From a virus (Duplodnaviria > Caudoviricetes): a stretch of 49,099 bases of DNA. Every line of letters begins with the position of its first letter. The stretch's first letter is position 1. The notes below the pieces were generated by a model that was not told the DNA's origin, made no database searches, and saw only the letters and a program-made list of their open reading frames with translations. This document shows, piece by piece, positions 36,518 through 47,001 of the stretch. Both the position numbers and the translations under genes were made by a program. Where the stretch lies: positions 1-49,099 of IMG/VR virus record IMGVR_UViG_3300012665_000623; one strand, 5' to 3'.

Positions 36518-39500
36518 ATGACAAAATTAAGCCAACTAGTTACCGTACAAACAGCGCCAGTTGATACGGCCTTTGTGCCTATAGTTGACACTTCGGGAAC
36601 ACGAGCTGTTAACAGAAAAATAAATTTACTTAATTTAAAAACTCTGTTAACTTCAAATATTGATCTTTCAAGTATAAATCAAACAATTATACCAGATCAA
36701 AATAATTTTAGGGACCTTGGAACACCCGATGCACAGTGGAGGCGGTTATATCTCAGTGATCAGGCATTTTATATTGGCGGTCGACAAGTAACTCTGACTG
36801 CACAGGGCGGAATTGCTGTTGACAGTGTAGTAGTGGCAACACCAAATGGTGAAAGTATAGTTGGACCACAAGGACCAGCAGGCCCAACTGGTCCAGGGTT
36901 TACTGCCGCATCCGTTAATCAGTCTGGCCGATTGATTATTACTAGAACATCAGGTAGCCCAATTGATGCTGGATATGTAGTTGGACCACAAGGCGACCAA
37001 GGTATCCAAGGTGAACGTGGCCTCCAAGGCATACAAGGCGTTCAAGGTGCCCGCGGCCCAACAGGTGATACAGGGCCAAAAGGAGACAAGGGAGATACTG
37101 GCAATACTGGACAAACTGGTAATACAGGTATTGGATTTACTTCGGCAACAGTTAATGGCTCTGGACGTTTAGTAATTGTTAAAACAGACACTACTACTAT
37201 TGATGCTGGATATGTAATTGGTCCGACTGGGCCTAAAGGTGATACTGGAGATAAAGGCGACACTGGACCAGCCGGTTCTTTATCAGCTTTTAGTGTTACA
37301 ACAGCCTCGGCCAGTTCTAATGGTGCTTTAAGTTATAACGACCAAACAGGCACATTTACTTTTACCCCTCCAGATTTAAGTTCACTACTTTCAAGTTACG
37401 TTGAAACAGATCCAGTATTTGGTGCAAGCCCTGCAAAAAATATTACTGGAACACAAGTAACAAATTGGGATACTGCTTATGGCTGGGGTAATCATGCAAG
37501 TGGTGGTTACTTAACAAGTTATACAGAAACTGATCCTATTTTTAATGCAAGCCCTGCAAAAAATATTACCAACCCGTTAATTAGTAACTGGGACACTGCA
37601 TATAGTTGGGGGAATCATGCACTAGCTGGATATCTAACCAGTGCTAGTTGGAATAATATTACTGGTAAGCCTACGTTTGCCACAGTGGCAACTACTGGTA
37701 ATTACAGTGATTTAAATAATCCACCATCTTATGCTACTGTTGCTACAAGTGGCAGATACAGTGATTTAATAGGTTTACCAAGTTTATTCAACGGACAGTA
37801 TTCAACATTAGTTGGCATACCAAGTTTTGCAGTAGTTGCCACAACTGGCAATTATACTGATTTAACTAACAGACCAACTATCCCAACTATCCCAACTAAT
37901 GTTAGTGCATTTGTAAATGATAGAAATTACTTAACAGCATTAAACAACACATTTAGTTTTATAGCAGTCAGTGGCCAGAGCACAGTGTCTGCAGATACTT
38001 CTACTGATACACTAACACTGGTCGCTGGCGCAAATATTACTATTACAACAGATGCCGCAACTGATACAATTACTATTTCATCAACAGGAACAACTCCTGG
38101 TGCAGGAGCTGGTGCAAGTGGCACAGTCAATTCTGGTACCGCTAGTCGATTAGCATACTACGCTACAACTGGTACAGCGGTATCAGAAACAGCAACTGGG
38201 CTAACTTGGAATGCGACTAGTAACACATTAACTGCAACTAACATTACTGTTACTGGCACACTTACTAATACTGGTACTGGTCCTTTAAGATTAACGTCTA
38301 CAAGTGATATTATATTACAGCCAGCAACTGATGGAATTATTAACGCTAGTACCAAACGAATTTCTAACCTTGCTACTCCTACTGATCCAACTGATGCGGC
38401 GACCAAAGCCTACGTTGATGCTAGTGGCGGTGGCGGCGCCGCAACATTACAACAGGTATTGACAAATGGTGCAACATCAACAATCAATGCAACTATTAAT
38501 GGACTAGCAGTTGGTGGAGATGGGCAAGGCACTTGGGGAATTGCAGTTGCTGGAGGCAACGCAGTTGGAATCAACAATGGCGTAAATGGATTTGCATTAA
38601 ATCAAAACAGCATTGTTCCAGCAACAACTAACACATTAGATATTGGTAGATCAGATTTAAACTTTAAAGGACTTTTCCTTAAAGGTGCTATTGTTTGGAA
38701 TGGTATTGATGTTCCGCCTCCAATTACTGGTGGAACAGGATTTTTAAAACAAGATGGAACGTGGAGTTCTGTTAGTGGGGGATCGTCAACAGTCTACCCA
38801 TATAACGTAAAAAATTCTGCATATGGTGCAGTTGGTGACGGCGTTGCAGATGATACAATCGCTATTAATAACGCAATAGCCGCGGCGCAAACCAATGGCG
38901 GTGCAGTATATTTCCCAGCTGGTACATATAGAATTACTAGTCCACTTTCAATGACAAGCACTGGAGCTGATCCAGGAGTTCGACCACATTTACTTGGTGA
39001 AGGTGTGGGAGCATCAGTAATTTATCAAAGTACGGCTAGTGCTAATGCCGTTAATATTACTTCTGTACAAGCCGCTAATTCTCAAAATAGTTTTGTAAGT
39101 GTTTCTAATTTAACAATTACTGGTCGTGGAATTGGAGTCAGTACAGGCACAGGCATTAGTATCAATGAAAGTGCATACCTAACAATTAGTAATTGTGAAA
39201 TTATTGGTTTTGACACTGGTGTATATGGTGTTGACTTCTTAAGTAGTATGTTTGAAAAGTGTGTTATACAGTTCAATAACAGAGGATTTAGATTTGAAGC
39301 ATCTACTTCAGGTTCGTTCTATTCACCGCCTAACAACATCAATATGGTGGCGTGTATTGTTGGACAAAATGCAATTTATGGTGGTTGGGTAGTAGGTGCT
39401 GGAACATTTAATTATATTGGTGGTAGTATTGAAAGCAATGCTTCTGGTACCACTGGATCTGCAAACAGTTGGGGATTACGAATTACCAATGCTGGCGGCG

Positions 39501-41995
39501 TAGCATTGAATATTGATAACGTTGATTACGGACAGAGTTCTTCATGTGGATTTGCATGTCAAGGCGTATATTTTGAAGCTAATGGCGGAATTGCACAATT
39601 GTATGTTGAGCAAACTGTTTTAAGACCAGGATTAACAGCTTCATTGACTGGCTGTAGTTTTAATGTATTACCATCATCCTACCCTACACAGTCTGTTTAT
39701 TTGGCAGCAAGTGAATCAAGCGTTGCTTACCCAATTACATTTACTGCTTGCGGATTCTGGGGTGCTCCAGGATATACAGCATCAGTTAATAGACCAAGCA
39801 TTAAGAATTTAAGTGATTATTTTAAACTAACACTTGTTGGGTGTAATTTTTGGAACACTACTGATCAATATAAAAACGGAAGTCCTAATAGATTTGAAGG
39901 TGTTATTGAAGCAAGCGCATTTAGAGATCTAAATGGCAATGCTATTACCAGTGGTGGCGCAACTGGAGTAACAAGTGCTGTTGCTGGAACAGGCATCAGT
40001 GTAAGTGGCGCAACTGGTGCAGTGACAATTAGTAACACAGGCGTTACTAGTATTGTTGCTGGCAGTGGAGTTACAATTAGCGGCGCAACGGGCGCAGTAA
40101 CAATTAGCGCATCAGGTGGTGCAAGTGTTGGCACATTACAACAAGTGCTAACTGCTGGTGCAACATCAACAATTAATGCAACTATTAATGGTCTAGCAGT
40201 TGGTGGCGATGGCGCAGGCACTTGGGGAATTGCAGTTGCTGGAGGCAACGCAGTTGGAATCAACAATGGCGTAAATGGATTTGCAGTTAATCAAAATACT
40301 ATTGTTCCTGCAACAAATAATACATTGACAATAGGATCAAACACGCTTAATTTCCGTGATATACATTTTGCTGGTTCTCTTGTATGGGCAGGAAACGTTA
40401 TACCAGCACCAAGTGGCGGAAGCACATACTTAAAGAACACAGGCGCATGGGCTAGTATCTCCAGCGGTGACGTTACCAGTGCATTAGGATATACTCCATA
40501 TAACGGAGCAACAAACTCTAATGGATACTTAACATCTAGTGCCTTAAGTTCATATGTAACAAGTTCAACTTTAACATCTACATTAACTCCTTATGCTACA
40601 CAAACTTATGTAAACAGCCAAGGGTTTATAACAACTACTGGTATTCCTGATCAATCAGGCAATAGTGGAAAATATTTGACCACTAATGGATCCGCACTAA
40701 GTTGGGCAACAGTTGCTGGTGCAAGTACCCCTACACTACAACAAGTTATTACAGCAGGAGCTACGGCATCTGCTAATGCAACTATTAATGGAGTTGCAGT
40801 TGGTTATGATAATGTAGCTTACTATGGAATATCAACAGGCAATGCTAATATTGGAATAGCCAATAATTCAGTTGGAGTTGCACTAACAGGTACAACTTTC
40901 CGTTCACAAACTGATCAAAGTGTTGACCTTGGTAGCAGTAGTGTTCGTTGGTCTAACTTCCACTTAAAAGGTGCTTTTTGGTGGAACGGATATGGTATAA
41001 CAGCGCCAACAGGAGGAAGCACCTTCTTACGTAATGACGGTACATGGGCCACTCCTACTACTTCAGTTACAAGTAGTGCAATCACTTCAGCATTGGGTTA
41101 CACCCCTTATAATGGATCAACTAACCCTAATGCATACATTACTGGAATTAGTTCTGCAAATGTTACAACAGCATTAGGATTTACGCCATATAGTAATACT
41201 AATCCAAACGGATATATCACAAGTTCTTCATTAAGTCCATACGCACTAGCATCGTCTGTTCCAGGATTAGGCAATACTAACTCTTGGACAGGAACAAATA
41301 CGTTTTCTTCAGGCGTAATTAATTCTACAACATATAATATAGGAACTGGAAATAGTCTTTCAAGAGACCCTACGACAGGTGATTTAACGTTCTCTACACA
41401 AAACGGTGTCAAATATTTGATGCCATACGCACAGGGTAATTCACATTATATTGCCAATAATAATAACGTAGTTGCTTATGACCTTGGTCCAAGTGGATTC
41501 CAACCAGCAGATGGTGCAAGAACTTTAGGAAATGCAAACTCACGTTGGGGTCAAATTTATTCTACAGCAGGTGCAATTAGCACTTCTGATGAACGTGTTA
41601 AAGATAATATTGTTGACTGTGCTTTGGGATTAGAATTTATTAATGGACTAGAGCCAAAATTTTACAAACTTAAAGTTGCCAGTAGAACTGAAGATCCTAA
41701 TTGGACTCCAGACCCTGAAGGTCCTGAAATGCAACAGCCACAGCTAGTTGATGTTCCTGGAGTTAGAACACACTCAGGATTGATTGCTCAACAGGTTAAA
41801 GCAACATTAGAATCGATGGGAATTGCGGACTGGGCAGGTTGGAGTTTAGCAGATAAGAACGATCCCGCTAGTAGACAGAGTTTGAGATACGAAGAATTTA
41901 TTGCTCCGTTGATAAAATCTGTTCAAGAATTAAGCAGTCAAGTGGTTGCTTTACAGCAACGAATTGCTGAGTTAGAAAGTAAAAACACGCCATAA
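36518..41995 (+). CDS. Tail fibre/tailspike: collagen repeats, pectate-lyase-3-like beta-helix, C-terminal peptidase S74 chaperone
   Basis: GXY runs; YGAVGDGVADDTIAINNAI...VYFPAGTYRI; TSDERVKDNI...GLIAQQV...LRYEEFIAPLIKSVQEL. Confidence 0.9.
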   Translation: MTKLSQLVTVQTAPVDTAFVPIVDTSGTRAVNRKINLLNLKTLLTSNIDLSSINQTIIPDQNNFRDLGTPDAQWRRLYLSDQAFYIGGRQVTLTAQGGIAVDSVVVATPNGESIVGPQGPAGPTGPGFTAASVNQSGRLIITRTSGSPIDAGYVVGPQGDQGIQGERGLQGIQGVQGARGPTGDTGPKGDKGDTGNTGQTGNTGIGFTSATVNGSGRLVIVKTDTTTIDAGYVIGPTGPKGDTGDKGDTGPAGSLSAFSVTTASASSNGALSYNDQTGTFTFTPPDLSSLLSSYVETDPVFGASPAKNITGTQVTNWDTAYGWGNHASGGYLTSYTETDPIFNASPAKNITNPLISNWDTAYSWGNHALAGYLTSASWNNITGKPTFATVATTGNYSDLNNPPSYATVATSGRYSDLIGLPSLFNGQYSTLVGIPSFAVVATTGNYTDLTNRPTIPTIPTNVSAFVNDRNYLTALNNTFSFIAVSGQSTVSADTSTDTLTLVAGANITITTDAATDTITISSTGTTPGAGAGASGTVNSGTASRLAYYATTGTAVSETATGLTWNATSNTLTATNITVTGTLTNTGTGPLRLTSTSDIILQPATDGIINASTKRISNLATPTDPTDAATKAYVDASGGGGAATLQQVLTNGATSTINATINGLAVGGDGQGTWGIAVAGGNAVGINNGVNGFALNQNSIVPATTNTLDIGRSDLNFKGLFLKGAIVWNGIDVPPPITGGTGFLKQDGTWSSVSGGSSTVYPYNVKNSAYGAVGDGVADDTIAINNAIAAAQTNGGAVYFPAGTYRITSPLSMTSTGADPGVRPHLLGEGVGASVIYQSTASANAVNITSVQAANSQNSFVSVSNLTITGRGIGVSTGTGISINESAYLTISNCEIIGFDTGVYGVDFLSSMFEKCVIQFNNRGFRFEASTSGSFYSPPNNINMVACIVGQNAIYGGWVVGAGTFNYIGGSIESNASGTTGSANSWGLRITNAGGVALNIDNVDYGQSSSCGFACQGVYFEANGGIAQLYVEQTVLRPGLTASLTGCSFNVLPSSYPTQSVYLAASESSVAYPITFTACGFWGAPGYTASVNRPSIKNLSDYFKLTLVGCNFWNTTDQYKNGSPNRFEGVIEASAFRDLNGNAITSGGATGVTSAVAGTGISVSGATGAVTISNTGVTSIVAGSGVTISGATGAVTISASGGASVGTLQQVLTAGATSTINATINGLAVGGDGAGTWGIAVAGGNAVGINNGVNGFAVNQNTIVPATNNTLTIGSNTLNFRDIHFAGSLVWAGNVIPAPSGGSTYLKNTGAWASISSGDVTSALGYTPYNGATNSNGYLTSSALSSYVTSSTLTSTLTPYATQTYVNSQGFITTTGIPDQSGNSGKYLTTNGSALSWATVAGASTPTLQQVITAGATASANATINGVAVGYDNVAYYGISTGNANIGIANNSVGVALTGTTFRSQTDQSVDLGSSSVRWSNFHLKGAFWWNGYGITAPTGGSTFLRNDGTWATPTTSVTSSAITSALGYTPYNGSTNPNAYITGISSANVTTALGFTPYSNTNPNGYITSSSLSPYALASSVPGLGNTNSWTGTNTFSSGVINSTTYNIGTGNSLSRDPTTGDLTFSTQNGVKYLMPYAQGNSHYIANNNNVVAYDLGPSGFQPADGARTLGNANSRWGQIYSTAGAISTSDERVKDNIVDCALGLEFINGLEPKFYKLKVASRTEDPNWTPDPEGPEMQQPQLVDVPGVRTHSGLIAQQVKATLESMGIADWAGWSLADKNDPASRQSLRYEEFIAPLIKSVQELSSQVVALQQRIAELESKNTP
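36863..37275 (+). repeat. Collagen-like Gly-X-Y repeats in three blocks
   Basis: GPQGPAGPTGP, GPQGDQGIQGERG..., GPTGPKGDTGDKG; blocks separated by two copies of GFT.A.VN.SGRL.I..T....IDAGYV.GP. Confidence 0.9.
37396..37870 (+). repeat. Tandem fibre-shaft repeats
   Basis: Two copies of Y.ETDP.F.ASPAKNIT....NWDTAY.WGNHA and three of (F/Y)A.VAT.G.Y.DL. Confidence 0.85.
38527..38596 (+). repeat. 70-bp perfect direct repeat, copy 1
   Basis: AGGCACTTGGGGAATTGCAGTTGCTGGAGGCAACGCAGTTGGAATCAACAATGGCGTAAATGGATTTGCA, identical to 40216-40285. Confidence 0.95.
40216..40285 (+). repeat. 70-bp perfect direct repeat, copy 2
   Basis: Identical to 38527-38596; within a longer imperfect repeat encoding TLQQVLT.GATSTINATINGLAVGGDG.GTWGIAV. 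Confidence 0.95.
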
Positions 41996-42004
41996 TATAC
42001 ACTG

Positions 42005-42012
42005 GATAAATA
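42005..42012 (+). promoter_or_regulatory. Late promoter GATAAATA
   Basis: GATAAATA-TTACT-ATG; 5 nt separate the motif from the 42018 start. Confidence 0.7.
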
Positions 42013-42017
42013 TTACT

Positions 42018-42692
42018 ATGGAAAACAATAAGGCCGAAGAAATGAAGCAAAAAATAGAAGAAAACGCTCCAGAAACTACGTTTAAAGACGCTGGAAACAT
42101 ACATATTCAAGGACATATTAAGATACATGACCCTGAAACTAAGGAAGTGTATGTAGATAAAAAGAACGCCATTCATTACGAGAATATGAGCGTGGCATTG
42201 GCTGCGGCAATTGCTAACCAAGGTTATGGAATTATCGAAGGTTTGAGCTTTGGTAATGGTGGAAGTACAGTTGATCCAAGTGGTGTTATTACATATCTAA
42301 CACCAAACAATGTGGGTGTTACAGCTGGCTTATATAACCAAACATATTATAAAGTTATTGATGCAAATAACATCAGTAATATTGATCCTAGTAGAAACTA
42401 TGTAGAAATTAGACACGTTCGTGGCACAGTTTATACTGATATATTTTGTAGTGTGCTATTAGACTACGGCGAGCCTAGCGGCCAGTCAGCATTTGACAAT
42501 GCTCAAAATATGAAAGATAACTTTGTTTTTGATGAAATTGGTCTTCGTTCAGTAAGTGAAGATGGTGTTCAAGGTAACGGACGTTTGTTAACACATGTAA
42601 TTTTCCATCCAGTACAAAAGAGTTTAAACAGATTAATTCAAATTGATTATACTGTAAGAATTCAAACGCTAACAACATTCAGCGAGGTATAA
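42018..42692 (+). CDS. Putative baseplate/fibre-attachment protein
   Basis: GHIKI...KNAI, FGNGG, FDEIGL, HPVQKS...IDYTVRI resemble beta-sandwich fibre-attachment/collar proteins; heads the fibre operon. Confidence 0.6.
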   Translation: MENNKAEEMKQKIEENAPETTFKDAGNIHIQGHIKIHDPETKEVYVDKKNAIHYENMSVALAAAIANQGYGIIEGLSFGNGGSTVDPSGVITYLTPNNVGVTAGLYNQTYYKVIDANNISNIDPSRNYVEIRHVRGTVYTDIFCSVLLDYGEPSGQSAFDNAQNMKDNFVFDEIGLRSVSEDGVQGNGRLLTHVIFHPVQKSLNRLIQIDYTVRIQTLTTFSEV

Positions 42693-42693
42693 G

Positions 42694-45207
42694 ATGGCAT
42701 ACACCGTAAAATATAGTGATCCCAATAAAGCCGCAAACACTATTAACGTTAATGATTTAACGGAAAATAATACCAGCACCAGTTTAAGTTTAGTTGGTAG
42801 AAACTTTTCAAATTATGGTGTAGCAATTGCCACAAACTTTGTACATTTACTAGAGAATTTTTCAAGTCCTTCAAGTCCAAATAATGCAATTGAAGGCCAA
42901 CTTTGGTACAACAACGACACAAACCGTTTGTTAGTTAACGATGGTACTGGCGGCAGTACTAATTGGAGACCAGCAAGTGGTATACACATTAGCGCAGACC
43001 CAACTGGTCCTACAAACGCCCTAACAGGCGACCTTTGGGTTAATAGTCAATCACAACAATTAAGTTTATATAACGGACAAGGTTGGACCCTAGTTGGACC
43101 AAGCTCGTTGTCTGGTAAAAAGACTGGTGTATATGTTGAACAATTAGCTGATTCTGAAACAGGTGCATTACATTTTGTCAGCGTTGAATATGCTAATGAT
43201 GATGTAATGAGAATTACTGCTACAGAAAGTTTTATCCCACAAAAAACAATTGAAGGTTTTTCAAGATTAAACCCCGGTGTTAACTTAACTGGCAAAAAAT
43301 ACATTGGATTATTTGATACTACAGTAGCAAATACCCCAGCAAAAATGTATGGAACAGCTACATCTGCTGATGCACTTAATGTATCTAGTCCAGCAACTGC
43401 TACTGTTATTGCTGATAACTTTGCAAGACGAGATGTTACTAACATTCTTAGAGGCCAACAAACAATTGCCAATGATGCAGGTATTACAATTGGTACTTCA
43501 AACAATTTTAGTTTAACAGTTAGCCAAGGAACTAGCATTATTAGTAACAGTGCTGATGGCGGATCTATTGATGTTAAGATTACTAATGCTGGTGCAAGCA
43601 ATCTATTAATGAAATTTGACGGTCAAAATCGTCGTGTTGGTATTAATCATCCTACGCCAAATGTTGAATTAGATGTTAATGGTAGTGCTTATATCAGCGG
43701 CCACTTAATTGCCAAAGGCACATTGGACTCTACTGGTATCGAATCTGGTTCTTTCCAAACTGCTGGCGGTGCTGGCATTGCTAAGAGCTTATTCGTTGGT
43801 AACAACATAAATTCTAAAGGACGATTAATAATTGGTGCAGTGAATGAGTTTGGTGATCCAACTACTGACACCGCTATTTTACCTAGAGCAACTGATACCT
43901 ATGATATTGGTTCAGAAAATAATAGATTTAAAAATGTTTGGGCAAACAAATTTTACGGTACATTCCAGGGAGTGTTTAGTAACTCTAATGGTATTTCAGC
44001 TATTCAAATTGCAAGTGGCGGTTTAAGTTACACCAGTGTTCCACAAGTTGTTATTTCCGCTCCACAAATAGGTAGCGGGACACAAGCAACTGCTACTGCG
44101 GTTGTTGACTCTGTGCAAAACAGTCCAACTTACGGAAAAGTTATTGCAATTACCATTACTAATGCAGGATCTGGATATACAACTTCACCAACAGTTACAT
44201 TGACTGGCGGTAATCCAGTAGTTGCGGCGACGATTGGAACAATTACTCTAAACTCTGCAACAATTACTGCTAACTTGGCGGGTACTTCTAGCGGGTTTAC
44301 TAATCCTTTGTCGTTGTCATTGGCTAACGAAGTTACATCAACTGCTGTTTCAATTCAAACAGGCGGAACATCAGTTGCTATTACTACTGCAATTAACGAA
44401 AAAGCAATTACTAATCGATCAGAAGTTACTGACAACAGAGTTGATGATAGTTTGCTTGTTTATAGAAACAACGTTGGACTAAGAAGAGTCACTAGAGAGA
44501 ATTTCTTATTAGGTGAAGCGTTCACTCCTATTGGTGCTATTATGGCTTTTGGTGGAGTTGCACCACCATTAGGTTATTTGTTATGTGATGGTTCACTAGT
44601 TTCTAGACAAGAATATCCAACTTTGTATCAAGTTATTGGAACTGTTTATGGTTCAGGAGCAAATCCTACTTACTTTAGACTTCCAGATTTACGTGGAAGA
44701 TTTGCATTAGGTAACGGGTCAATGAGAAATTCTTTAGCTAACGTAACAACTACTAAAGAAGTGATTGGTGCAGTGACAGGCACAACTATTACATTAAATT
44801 CAACAGACGGTATTATACTTGGATCAGGCGTTCAAGCAAGTGGAATTACATCAACTACAGTGACAGTTACTGGGATACCAAATTCAACACAAGTTGTATT
44901 AAATCAGTCAGTGAGCTTAGTTGATGCTGTGACAATTACCTTTACATTTAAAGTTTTATCAGATACGCTTTCAACAAGTGACTCTACTAGAGTTACAAAT
45001 ACTGGAAGTGATTTAGCTCCTTCTACTTTAGGCGGAAATGGGGGATACAGTCACATAGAATTAGATACTACTGGCGGAACAGACGCAGCCACATTCCCTA
45101 ATGGAAGCTCGCAATCTTTTGGAACAACTTTTGACCTTAATATTGCTAACCCATATTTGAATGTAAATTACATTATTAGAGCAGGCGTTGCTACTACAGC
45201 AATTTAA
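42694..45207 (+). CDS. Tail fibre/baseplate protein with phage tail collar domain
   Basis: TPIGAIMAFGGVAPPLGYLLCDGSLVSRQEYPTLYQVIG...FRLPDLRGRF; C-terminal NPYLNVNYIIR. Confidence 0.85.
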   Translation: MAYTVKYSDPNKAANTINVNDLTENNTSTSLSLVGRNFSNYGVAIATNFVHLLENFSSPSSPNNAIEGQLWYNNDTNRLLVNDGTGGSTNWRPASGIHISADPTGPTNALTGDLWVNSQSQQLSLYNGQGWTLVGPSSLSGKKTGVYVEQLADSETGALHFVSVEYANDDVMRITATESFIPQKTIEGFSRLNPGVNLTGKKYIGLFDTTVANTPAKMYGTATSADALNVSSPATATVIADNFARRDVTNILRGQQTIANDAGITIGTSNNFSLTVSQGTSIISNSADGGSIDVKITNAGASNLLMKFDGQNRRVGINHPTPNVELDVNGSAYISGHLIAKGTLDSTGIESGSFQTAGGAGIAKSLFVGNNINSKGRLIIGAVNEFGDPTTDTAILPRATDTYDIGSENNRFKNVWANKFYGTFQGVFSNSNGISAIQIASGGLSYTSVPQVVISAPQIGSGTQATATAVVDSVQNSPTYGKVIAITITNAGSGYTTSPTVTLTGGNPVVAATIGTITLNSATITANLAGTSSGFTNPLSLSLANEVTSTAVSIQTGGTSVAITTAINEKAITNRSEVTDNRVDDSLLVYRNNVGLRRVTRENFLLGEAFTPIGAIMAFGGVAPPLGYLLCDGSLVSRQEYPTLYQVIGTVYGSGANPTYFRLPDLRGRFALGNGSMRNSLANVTTTKEVIGAVTGTTITLNSTDGIILGSGVQASGITSTTVTVTGIPNSTQVVLNQSVSLVDAVTITFTFKVLSDTLSTSDSTRVTNTGSDLAPSTLGGNGGYSHIELDTTGGTDAATFPNGSSQSFGTTFDLNIANPYLNVNYIIRAGVATTAI

Positions 45208-45216
45208 GGATTAGGA

Positions 45217-46989
45217 ATGTCATATATTATACGAAAAACTGATGGAACAATTGTAGCAACTGTAACTGATGGAACAGTTGATGCGGTTAGCACATCTATT
45301 ACACTAATTGGAAAAAATTACAAAGGCATTGGTGAAATTTACAACACTAATCTTGTTTCTCTTTTAGAAAATTTTAATAGTTCATCCCCTCCTAATAATC
45401 AAATTAAAGGGCAACTTTGGTTTAACTCAAGTTCAAGTAAGTTAAATGTATTTGATGGAGAAAATTGGAGACCTGTAGGAAGCCCATTTGTTGCAACGTC
45501 AATACCAGCAAATTTAGTTAAAGGTGATTTATGGATTGATAGTTTAAGTCAGCAACTGAAATTTTTTGATGGTATTAATCTAATAACAGCTGGTCCAATG
45601 TATACTGCGGCACAGGGTAAGAGTGGTTGGGTAGTTGAAGATGTTCTTGACGAAACTGCAAACGGTCGAGTTATTGCTGGCTTATATGTAAACAATGTTA
45701 GAATGGGAATTCTGTCAGCTACTACATTTACACCACAACAGGCAATAACTGGTTTTACTACTGTTGAAAATCCAGAAATTAAAACTGGATTAACATTTAA
45801 TTCGTCAATTTTAAATAATAATATTAATGCTCCTGTTAATTATGCTAATAATTTAGTAGATGCATCTAATTCTGCAATTTATTTAGATTCTACAAAATTT
45901 GTTAGAACTGACAGATCCAATTCTACATCGGGTAGTTTATCTATTACAAGCAATCAAGGATTGGTAGTTGGTGCATTTCAAAATTTTAAAATCTATGTAG
46001 ATACAACGGCAACTGTTGTTGCAAAATCTGTTTTATCAAATGAAATTGCAAATAGTAAAACAATAATACAATCACATACAACAACAGATTATCAAAATGT
46101 AATAATAATTGATCCAGTGACTAAATCTGTTGATGTATATCCAGAAGATACTTGGGTATCAACGTCATCGGATGCTCCCACATTTAATCTTAATACAGAC
46201 CTTTTTGTACAAGGCAATACTACTATACAAGGTAATTTAGAAGTAGTTGGTACTACTAAATTTACTAATTCTACTACCTTACAAATTACTGATAAGAATA
46301 TTGAAATAGCAGTTACTGACACTCCGTCAAATACAACTGCAACTGGTGCAGGTATTACAGTATTAGCAGGTGCTGGCGTTAATAAAACAATTGCTTGGAA
46401 TTTAGGAACTAGTCCAACACCAAATGCTTGGGATTTGAGTGATAATATCAGGGTTCCTGCAAACAAATCTTACTACATTGGGTCAAGTTATGTTATTAAC
46501 TCAAATTCTTTAGGACCTAATATTGTTGCAAGCAACTTAACATCAGTTGGTTCACTAACTAATCTAGTTGCTGCCAAATTTTCTTTAACTGATAATGTAC
46601 TACTTGTAACAAATGATGATTTAGAAATTAGAGTTCAGAGTGACAAAATTTTACGTCTTACCAATACTGTTAGATTTGCCAATGTTGCAGACCCACAATA
46701 TGGTCAAGATGTTGCTACAAAAAATTACGTTGATAACAAAAAGACAAGTTTAAATTATCTAACGTTAGACATAACAGGCATTGCAAATCCTGACACTGGT
46801 ATAGTGGGTGCTATTAATGCTATGATACCTACAAGTAGTGTAAAAGAAGGTGACGAAGTTAGAGTCATGTGTGTATCATATACAAACGGTGCGTCAGTTC
46901 CAACGGTTGCACGAGTAGTGAAAAGATTCCAAATTCAACTTGTTGGCCAAGTTAAAACTTGGACCTTCTTACAAAATATTTCAGTTTAA
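45217..46989 (+). CDS. Tail fibre/baseplate protein, N-terminal paralogue of its neighbours
   Basis: TSITLIGKNY...LLENF...GQLWF N-terminus; DVATKNYVD fibre motif. Confidence 0.75.
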   Translation: MSYIIRKTDGTIVATVTDGTVDAVSTSITLIGKNYKGIGEIYNTNLVSLLENFNSSSPPNNQIKGQLWFNSSSSKLNVFDGENWRPVGSPFVATSIPANLVKGDLWIDSLSQQLKFFDGINLITAGPMYTAAQGKSGWVVEDVLDETANGRVIAGLYVNNVRMGILSATTFTPQQAITGFTTVENPEIKTGLTFNSSILNNNINAPVNYANNLVDASNSAIYLDSTKFVRTDRSNSTSGSLSITSNQGLVVGAFQNFKIYVDTTATVVAKSVLSNEIANSKTIIQSHTTTDYQNVIIIDPVTKSVDVYPEDTWVSTSSDAPTFNLNTDLFVQGNTTIQGNLEVVGTTKFTNSTTLQITDKNIEIAVTDTPSNTTATGAGITVLAGAGVNKTIAWNLGTSPTPNAWDLSDNIRVPANKSYYIGSSYVINSNSLGPNIVASNLTSVGSLTNLVAAKFSLTDNVLLVTNDDLEIRVQSDKILRLTNTVRFANVADPQYGQDVATKNYVDNKKTSLNYLTLDITGIANPDTGIVGAINAMIPTSSVKEGDEVRVMCVSYTNGASVPTVARVVKRFQIQLVGQVKTWTFLQNISV

Positions 46990-47001
46990 CGGAGCGAGTT
47001 A

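Noticed and set aside
36863-37910. CRISPR array
   Set aside because: Repeats are degenerate codon-level protein repeats inside an ORF, with no constant repeat/unique spacer pattern.
38527-40285. Diversity-generating retroelement template/variable repeat pair
   Set aside because: Both copies are coding and in frame, the core is identical rather than adenine-mutated, and no reverse transcriptase is in the window.
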